Position numbers and translations under genes: made by a program. The notes beneath the pieces were generated by a model. The model saw only the letters and a list, made by a program, of their open reading frames with translations, made no database searches and was not told where the DNA came from. Below are positions 58,162-64,000 of a stretch of DNA of 64,000 bases, in pieces. Origin of the DNA: Armatimonadota bacterium. Lineage in GTDB: Bacteria > Sysuimicrobiota > Sysuimicrobiia > Sysuimicrobiales > Kaftiobacteriaceae. The stretch spans positions 63,686-127,685 of the forward strand of contig JBBIUY010000005.1 of assembly GCA_037440005.1 (NCBI GenBank). Reading direction: 5' to 3'. Within the stretch, counting starts at the first letter, position 1, and each line of letters opens with the position of its first letter.

Positions 58162-58998
58162 ATGGTTGCCCGAGCCCTGACCATCGCGGGATCCGACTCC
58201 GGAGGCGGAGCCGGCATCCAGGCCGACCTGAAGACGTTCGCGGTGCTGGGCGTCTTCGGCACCAGCGCCATCACCGCGCTGACGGCCCAGAACACCTGCG
58301 CGGTGACCGGCGTGGTGGAGGTGGACCCGGCGTTCGTGGCGGCCCAGATCGACGCGGTGGTCACCGACATCGGCGTGGACGCCGCCAAGACCGGCATGCT
58401 GGCCAACGCCGCCATCATCGAGGCGGTGGCGGACCGGGTGCGCCGCCACGGCATCGCGCGGCTGGTGGTGGATCCGGTGATGGTGGCCAAGAGCGGGGCG
58501 CCCCTGCTGCGGCCCGACGCCGTGGAGGCCCTGCGCACCCGGTTGCTTCCTCTGGCGCTGGTGGTGACGCCCAACCTGCCGGAGGCGTCGGCGCTGGCCG
58601 GAGGGATGCCCGTCAGGACGGCGGAGGAGATGGAGGAAGCCGCCCGGGCCATCGCCGCTCTGGGGCCCCGCTACGTGGTGGTCAAGGGCGGTCACCTCGA
58701 AGACGCCGCCGAGGCGGCGGACCTGCTCTACGACGGCGCCCGGGTCCACTGGCTGACGGCCCCCCGGGTGCGCACGCCCCACACCCACGGCACCGGGTGC
58801 GTCTTCTCCGCCGCCATCGCCGCCGGGCTAGCCCGGGGCTCCGACCCGCCCGCCGCCGTGGCCGCGGCCAAGCGGTTCGTGACCGCCGCCATCGCCGGCG
58901 CCCTTCCCCTGGGCCGCGGGCGGGGGCCGGCCAACCCTCTGGCCGCGGCGGGGGCACCCGGGGCGGGAGCAGGGGGCGCGGGACCAGCGGTGACATAA
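58162..58998 (+). CDS. thiD: HMP/HMP-P kinase
   Basis: TIAGSDSGGGAGIQADLKT, DPVM, TPNLPEA, KGGH, THGTGC. Confidence 0.96.
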   Translation: MVARALTIAGSDSGGGAGIQADLKTFAVLGVFGTSAITALTAQNTCAVTGVVEVDPAFVAAQIDAVVTDIGVDAAKTGMLANAAIIEAVADRVRRHGIARLVVDPVMVAKSGAPLLRPDAVEALRTRLLPLALVVTPNLPEASALAGGMPVRTAEEMEEAARAIAALGPRYVVVKGGHLEDAAEAADLLYDGARVHWLTAPRVRTPHTHGTGCVFSAAIAAGLARGSDPPAAVAAAKRFVTAAIAGALPLGRGRGPANPLAAAGAPGAGAGGAGPAVT

Positions 58999-59035
58999 TA
59001 TTGAGGAAGACAGACCTGCGAGGGAGGGAGAGGGG

Positions 59036-59536
59036 ATGCGGTCCCGGGACATCGCCGTGGGCGGGCTGCTGACCGCCCTGGCGCTGCTCATTCCGTTCGC
59101 GTTCCGCGGCACCCCGCTGCAGCTGTTCATCCCGGCGCTGCAGTACTCGGCCACCTTCGCCTCCCACGTGCCGTCCATGCTGTCCATGCTGGTCAGCCCG
59201 GTGGTGGCGGCCATGGTGGGGCTGGGGTCGGCGGTAGGGTTCACCATCACCCTCAACCCCGTCATCGGCGCCCGGGCGTTCACCCACGCGGTGTGGGGCG
59301 TGCTGGGGGCGTGGCTGGTCCGCCGCGGCCGGCCGTTCTGGCTGGCGTTGCTGGCGGCGCTGCCGGTCCACGCGCTGGGCGAAGGGGCGGTGGTGTGGTG
59401 GCTGGGGCCGGGCTACACCGCCGGCCTGTTCGTGGCCGCGGGGACCGTGGTGCACCACGCCATCGACTCGGCCATCAGCCTGGCGGTCTCCCGGCTGGTC
59501 CTGCCGGTGCTGGTCGGGCAGCCCCGGGGCGCGTAG
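59036..59536 (+). CDS. ECF transporter S component, NiaX-like
   Basis: SATFASHVP...VSP, RAFTH, VHALGE, GTVVHH. Confidence 0.75.
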   Translation: MRSRDIAVGGLLTALALLIPFAFRGTPLQLFIPALQYSATFASHVPSMLSMLVSPVVAAMVGLGSAVGFTITLNPVIGARAFTHAVWGVLGAWLVRRGRPFWLALLAALPVHALGEGAVVWWLGPGYTAGLFVAAGTVVHHAIDSAISLAVSRLVLPVLVGQPRGA

Positions 59537-59544
59537 GCGGTGCC

Positions 59545-60030
59545 GTGAGCAGCGCCCCCGAGCGCGTGCAGGCGGCCCTGCAGGAGGCGGGGATCCGGGT
59601 CGTCATCCGGGAGTTTCCCCAGGGCACCCGGACGGCCGTCCAGGCCGCCGCCGCCGTGGGGACCACGGTGGCCCAGATCGTCAAATCGCTGGTGTTCGTC
59701 GCCGACGGCCGCCCGGTGCTGGCCCTGGTCTCCGGCGCCAACCGCCTCGACGAGGGCAAGCTGGCCCGCGCCGCCGGCGCCGGCACCGTGGAGCGGGCCC
59801 CGGCCGACCTGGTCCGGGAGGTGACCGGATTTGCCATCGGCGGGGTGCCCCCGGTAGGCCACGCCCGGGCGATGCCGGTGTACATCGACCAGGACCTGCT
59901 GCGGTTCGAGGTGGTGTACGCCGCCGCCGGAACCCCGCACGCGGTCTTCGGCATCTCTCCCGCCGACCTGGTACAGGTGACCGGGGGCGTGGTCGCCGAC
60001 CTCCGGGCCGAGGAGCCGCCTGAAGGCTGA
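59545..60030 (+). CDS. YbaK/EbsC family aminoacyl-tRNA editing protein
   Basis: QIVKSLVF, TGFAIGGVPPVGH, AAAGTP. Confidence 0.9.
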   Translation: MSSAPERVQAALQEAGIRVVIREFPQGTRTAVQAAAAVGTTVAQIVKSLVFVADGRPVLALVSGANRLDEGKLARAAGAGTVERAPADLVREVTGFAIGGVPPVGHARAMPVYIDQDLLRFEVVYAAAGTPHAVFGISPADLVQVTGGVVADLRAEEPPEG

Positions 60031-60088
60031 GCCGGCGGCCACCCCCGCGCTCCGCCGGACTCCCGGCCCTGTGCTATGCTGGCGCTGC

Positions 60089-61030
60089 ATGGAGACTGAC
60101 AGTCCCCTCCCCGTGGCCCGGGCTGCCGCGACGGCCGCCCCTCCGGCGGACATCGCTCTGCTGGAGGAGATGACCGCCACCATCCAGCAGGCGGCGGAGG
60201 CCCTGGCGGCCGCCCTCTCGGGACGCACCCCCGTGGAGCGGGCCTGGGAGGACATCCGCGACCTGGAGCACAAGGGCGACGCGGTGGCCCGGGACATGTT
60301 CGAGATGTTGCAGACCTCCCGGCCCACCCACGTGGAGCGGGAGGCCCTCAAGGCCCTGACCGGCTACCTGGACGACGTGCTGGACGCCATCGAGGCGGCG
60401 GCCGCGCGCCTGGCCATCCACCGGGTGCGCCGCGCGCTGCCCGCGGCCCGGGAGCTGGCGCAGGTGGTGCTGGAGTCGGCCCGGGAACTGCGCGTCGCCC
60501 TGCGCCTGGACCGCCTGCGGGACGTCTTCCCCCACACCCGCGCCCTGCACCGCCTGGAGAACCGCGGCGACGACGTGCTGCGGGAGGCCATCGGGTCCCT
60601 GTTTGCCGGCCGCCGCCCGGTCCGGGAGATCCTCAAGTGGCAGGACATCTGCGAGATCCTGGAGGCCAGCACCGACCGGTGCGAGGACATCGCCAACGTC
60701 CTGGAGACCCTGCTGATCCAGACCGGCGGCCAGGGACGGCTGGCGGCCGGGCAGCTGGCGATGGACCTGGACCGCCACGAGGTGACCGTCGCCGGGAGGC
60801 CGGTGGCGCTGTCGGCGAAGGAGTTCGACCTGCTGCACCTGCTGCTGCGCCACCAGGGCAAGGTGGTGCGCCGGGAGCGCCTGCTGCGGGAGGTGTGGGG
60901 CGAGGACTACTTCGGCGACACCCGCACCCTGGACACCCACATCGGGTGGCTGCGCAAGAAGGTGGAGCCCTCTGGCGGGGTGCGCATCGTCGCCGTCCGC
61001 GGCGTCGGCTACCGGCTGGACCTGGCCTAG
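60089..61030 (+). CDS. DUF47 (PhoU-like phosphate transport regulator) fused to an OmpR/PhoB-type winged-helix domain
   Basis: LEHKGD, LDDVLD, LENRGD, TDRCEDIANV followed in frame by LSAKEFDLL...VWG...DTRTLDTHIGWLRKK...VRGVGYR. Confidence 0.85.
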   Translation: METDSPLPVARAAATAAPPADIALLEEMTATIQQAAEALAAALSGRTPVERAWEDIRDLEHKGDAVARDMFEMLQTSRPTHVEREALKALTGYLDDVLDAIEAAAARLAIHRVRRALPAARELAQVVLESARELRVALRLDRLRDVFPHTRALHRLENRGDDVLREAIGSLFAGRRPVREILKWQDICEILEASTDRCEDIANVLETLLIQTGGQGRLAAGQLAMDLDRHEVTVAGRPVALSAKEFDLLHLLLRHQGKVVRRERLLREVWGEDYFGDTRTLDTHIGWLRKKVEPSGGVRIVAVRGVGYRLDLA

Positions 61031-61088
61031 GCCGCCCTCCCGGCGCCGGGAGCTAGGCGGGGGCGCGCCCCGCAGCCCGCCCCGTTCC

Positions 61089-61119
61089 TTCACACAGGTT
61101 TTCACCCCTCTTGTCACAC
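61089..61119 (+). promoter_or_regulatory. Pho-box-like direct repeats upstream of pstS
   Basis: TTCACAC (61089), TTCACCC (61101), GTCACAC (61113): 12-nt period, followed by TTGACC at 61122. Confidence 0.55.
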
Positions 61120-61299
61120 CGTTGACCCGCCCTTGCGGACCCGCGTGCTACCGTCGGGCCGACAGACCGGGTGCGCCTGCGGGTGCGGACGGACCGCCGG
61201 GTCCGGTGACAAGACCCTCCGACCCCGCCGGCCCGGCGACAAGAAGCGGTCGTCCGCACGGCGCAGCCCGGCCACTCACGCGTCAGAAGGAGGTCCGGC

Positions 61300-62427
61300 A
61301 TGGGTCTGCGCCAGGTGGTGGGGGCGGTGGCGCTCGGGACGGGGCTGCTGGTGAGCATGCCGGGGCTGGCCCAGGACCGGCCGGGCGCCACCAACAGCCC
61401 CCCGGGGACCATCGTGGTGGACGGCTCCAGCACCGTGGGACCGCTGACGAGCGCGGTGGCGGAGGAGTTCCGCAACACCCCCCAGGGCCGGGGCGTGCGG
61501 ATCACCGTGGGCATCAGCGGGACCGGAGGCGGCTTCAAGAAATTCTGCGCCGACAGCCCCCAGTCCCGCACGGACGTCCAGGACGCCTCCCGGCCCATCC
61601 GGGCCGAGGAGGACGAAGCGTGCCGGCGCAACCAGGTGAGCTACGTGGAGGTGGCCGTGGCCATCGACGGCCTGAGCGTGGTGGTGCACCCGCAGAACAC
61701 CTGGGCCACGTGCCTGACCCTGGGCGAGCTCAAGCGCATCTGGGAGCCCGCCGCGGAGCGCCGGATCACCAGCTGGCGACAGGTGCGAGCCACCTTCCCT
61801 GACCGGCCCTTGCGCCTTGCGGGTGCGGGCGCGGACTCTGGTACGTTCGACTCCTTCACAGAGATGGTGGTGGGGAAGGCGAAGGCGAGCCGCGGGGACT
61901 ACCAGGCCACGGAGGACGACAACGTCACCGTCCAGTTCGTGCAGCGGGACCAGGGAGCCCTGGGGTACTTCGGGCTGGCGTACCTGGAGGAGAACCTGGG
62001 GCGGGTGAAGGGCGTGGCCGTCGACCCCAGCGACCGGGTGGGGCTCACCTCCGACGACCAGTGCCGGGGGATTGAGCCCACCTTCGACAACACCAAGTCC
62101 GGCCGCTACCCGCTGAAACGGCCCCTGTTCATCTACCTGAACCGGACCAGCGCCCAGGCCAAGCCCGAGGTCCGGCAGTTCGCCAGCTGGTACGTGGGCC
62201 AGGGCACGGGCGTGAACCTACAGGGGGACGACCCGCGCCGGCCCGGCAAGAAGACCAACCTCACCCGGGCCGTGGGCTACGTGGAGTTCCCCGAAGCTGT
62301 GTACGCCGCGGCCCGGCAGTGCGTGGCGCGCCTCACGCCCGGGACGGCCTTCCGTGAAGACGGGAGGGCCGCCGGCCATGCGACCCTGGAGCGGGTCAGC
62401 ACGGAGTACGCGGCCCACTGCCGGTAG
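61300..62427 (+). CDS. pstS: Phosphate ABC transporter substrate-binding protein
   Basis: [38 protein letters not shown]. Confidence 0.95.
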   Translation: MGLRQVVGAVALGTGLLVSMPGLAQDRPGATNSPPGTIVVDGSSTVGPLTSAVAEEFRNTPQGRGVRITVGISGTGGGFKKFCADSPQSRTDVQDASRPIRAEEDEACRRNQVSYVEVAVAIDGLSVVVHPQNTWATCLTLGELKRIWEPAAERRITSWRQVRATFPDRPLRLAGAGADSGTFDSFTEMVVGKAKASRGDYQATEDDNVTVQFVQRDQGALGYFGLAYLEENLGRVKGVAVDPSDRVGLTSDDQCRGIEPTFDNTKSGRYPLKRPLFIYLNRTSAQAKPEVRQFASWYVGQGTGVNLQGDDPRRPGKKTNLTRAVGYVEFPEAVYAAARQCVARLTPGTAFREDGRAAGHATLERVSTEYAAHCR

Positions 62428-62473
62428 ACGCGGTGCGGGTCGGGCGACGCAGACCCTGTCGGCAGAAACCGCC

Positions 62474-63466
62474 GTGGAGCCCGCCCTGAAGGCGCGACGC
62501 CGGGAGCGGTGGATACAGGGGGTGCTGGCCGCCTGCGGCTGGCTGTCGGTGGCGGTCACAGCGGGCCTGGTGGCCGTGCTGGCCTACGAGACCGTGCAGT
62601 TCTTCCGCCTGCCCCTGGACGCGGCAGGCCCGCGTCCGGTCTCTCAGCGGGCGGACCTGCAGCGGTTCGCCCAGGCCCGGCCGGACCTGGTGGACCGTCC
62701 GTGGAAGCTGGTGCGGGAGTTCTTCACGGAAACCACGTGGAGCCCGCTGTTCAGCACCAAGCGGTTCGGGGCGCTGCCCCTGCTGGCGGGCACCGCCTTG
62801 ACCAGCCTTATCGCCCTGGCCGTGGCCGTCCCCCTGGGCCTGCTGGCCGCCACCTACCTCAGCGAGTTCGCTCCGGAGGGGGTGCGGGCGCGCGTCAAGC
62901 CCGCCCTGGAACTGCTGGCGGGAGTCCCCACGGTGGTGTACGGGTACTTCGCCCTCACCTTCGTGACGCCCCGGCTCCAGGACCACGTGTTCGGCCAGGC
63001 CATGGCCGGGCAGAACGCCCTGTCCGCGGGCCTGGTGATGGGGGTCATGATCCTGCCCCTGGTCGCGTCCCTCAGCGAGGACGTGATGCGGGCCGTGCCC
63101 GCAGACCTCCGCCACGGGGCCTACGCCCTGGGCGCCACGCCCATGGAGGCGGCCGTGAGGGTGGTGCTGCCCGCGGCCCTGTCGGGCATCGCCGCGGCCT
63201 GCGTGCTGGCCCTGTCCCGGGCGGTGGGCGAGACAATGATCGTGGCCCTGGCGGCGGGCCAGAGCCCCACCTGGACCGCGAACCCCCTGCAGACCGTGGA
63301 GACCATCACGTCCTTCATCGTGCAGGTGAGCCTGGGGGATACCCCCTACGGGTCGGTGGAGTACCGGACCCTGTTTGCGGTGGGCGCGTTGCTCTTCGCG
63401 ACCACCTTCGTTATGAACGCGCTCAGCGTGCGGGTGGTGGAGCGGTTCCGGGAGCGGTACGTATGA
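62474..63466 (+). CDS. pstC: Phosphate ABC transporter permease
   Basis: YLSEFAP, ELLAGVPTVVYG, SRAVGETMIV, SLGD, TLFAVG; start uncertain. Confidence 0.93.
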   Translation: MEPALKARRRERWIQGVLAACGWLSVAVTAGLVAVLAYETVQFFRLPLDAAGPRPVSQRADLQRFAQARPDLVDRPWKLVREFFTETTWSPLFSTKRFGALPLLAGTALTSLIALAVAVPLGLLAATYLSEFAPEGVRARVKPALELLAGVPTVVYGYFALTFVTPRLQDHVFGQAMAGQNALSAGLVMGVMILPLVASLSEDVMRAVPADLRHGAYALGATPMEAAVRVVLPAALSGIAAACVLALSRAVGETMIVALAAGQSPTWTANPLQTVETITSFIVQVSLGDTPYGSVEYRTLFAVGALLFATTFVMNALSVRVVERFRERYV

Positions 63467-64000
63467 CCGCGGCAGGGGTCGGAGCGGTGGACGCCCGCCG
63501 CCTGCAGCGGCGCAGGCGGGCGGCGGTGCTGTCCGTGGCGGCCTGCCAGGCGGCCACCCTGCTGGGGCTGGTGTTCCTGGGGGTCTTGCTGGTGGACGTG
63601 GCGCAGGACGCGGCCCCGTACCTCCGGCCCCGGCTGGCGACCAGCTTCCCCTCCCGCTTCCCGCACCGGGCGGGCTACGCCAGCGCCCTGGCGGGGACCG
63701 TCTACGTGGCGGCCATCATGAGCGCGGTGGCCTTCCCCCTGGGGGTGCTGGCGGCGGTGTACCTGGAGGAGTACGCCAGACCCGGGCCCGTCCTGCGGGC
63801 CCTGGAGATCAACATCGCCAACCTCGCGGCGGTCCCGTCGGTGCTGTACGGCCTGCTGGGGTTGGGGCTGTTCGTGGAGGGTTTGAGAATGGGCAAGAGC
63901 GTGCTCGCGGGCGGCCTCACCCTGGCCCTGCTGGTGCTGCCCCTCACGGTGCTGTCGAGCCGGGAGGCCATCCGGGCGGTCCCCTTCTCCGTCCGGGAGG
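63463..64000 (+). CDS. pstA: Phosphate ABC transporter permease (partial, runs off the window)
   Basis: AVYLEEYA, INIANLAAVPSVLYGLLGL, SREAIRAVP. Confidence 0.93.
   Translation, partial: MTAAGVGAVDARRLQRRRRAAVLSVAACQAATLLGLVFLGVLLVDVAQDAAPYLRPRLATSFPSRFPHRAGYASALAGTVYVAAIMSAVAFPLGVLAAVYLEEYARPGPVLRALEINIANLAAVPSVLYGLLGLGLFVEGLRMGKSVLAGGLTLALLVLPLTVLSSREAIRAVPFSVRE

Overview
Very GC-rich bacterial chromosomal window. I found no rRNA, tRNA, CRISPR array or recognisable transposase/integrase. Layout: (1) 1-13 kb, purine uptake and catabolism: nucleoside-type ABC transporter, three-subunit xanthine dehydrogenase, amidohydrolase, allantoinase, PucG-like transaminase, DUF1116, allantoate amidohydrolase. 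(2) 13-50 kb, a large thiol-redox/heavy-metal accessory region: Crp regulator, VKOR, gnd/pgl, two DUF3179 paralogues, TlpA, DsrE, a UGA-recoded (Sec) glutaredoxin, MerR and ArsR regulators, two P1B ATPases, two merA, CcdA, a MerF-like protein and several Cys-rich microproteins. (3) 50-53 kb, YeeE/TusA sulfur uptake. (4) 53.5-60 kb, TPP-riboswitch thiamine salvage operon. (5) 60-64 kb, a DUF47-winged-helix fusion followed by pstSCA. The best candidate for an undescribed system lies at 27-37 kb. There, four otherwise dissimilar proteins (three membrane, one soluble and Met-rich) share a strict 19-residue helical repeat, and they flank an ECF sigma factor fused to its own zinc anti-sigma (ZAS) domain. 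A SigH/SigR-like promoter motif (GGAAT-N18/19-GT[ACT]) recurs upstream of eight transcription units across the region. Other highlights are two UGA/SECIS selenoprotein candidates (one hidden by compensating indels that recreate a CxxC), a DUF47-OmpR-type wHTH fusion next to 12-nt-period repeats at the pstS promoter, and a two-finger C2H2-like microprotein. All family calls come from motif recognition by eye; no database searches were run.
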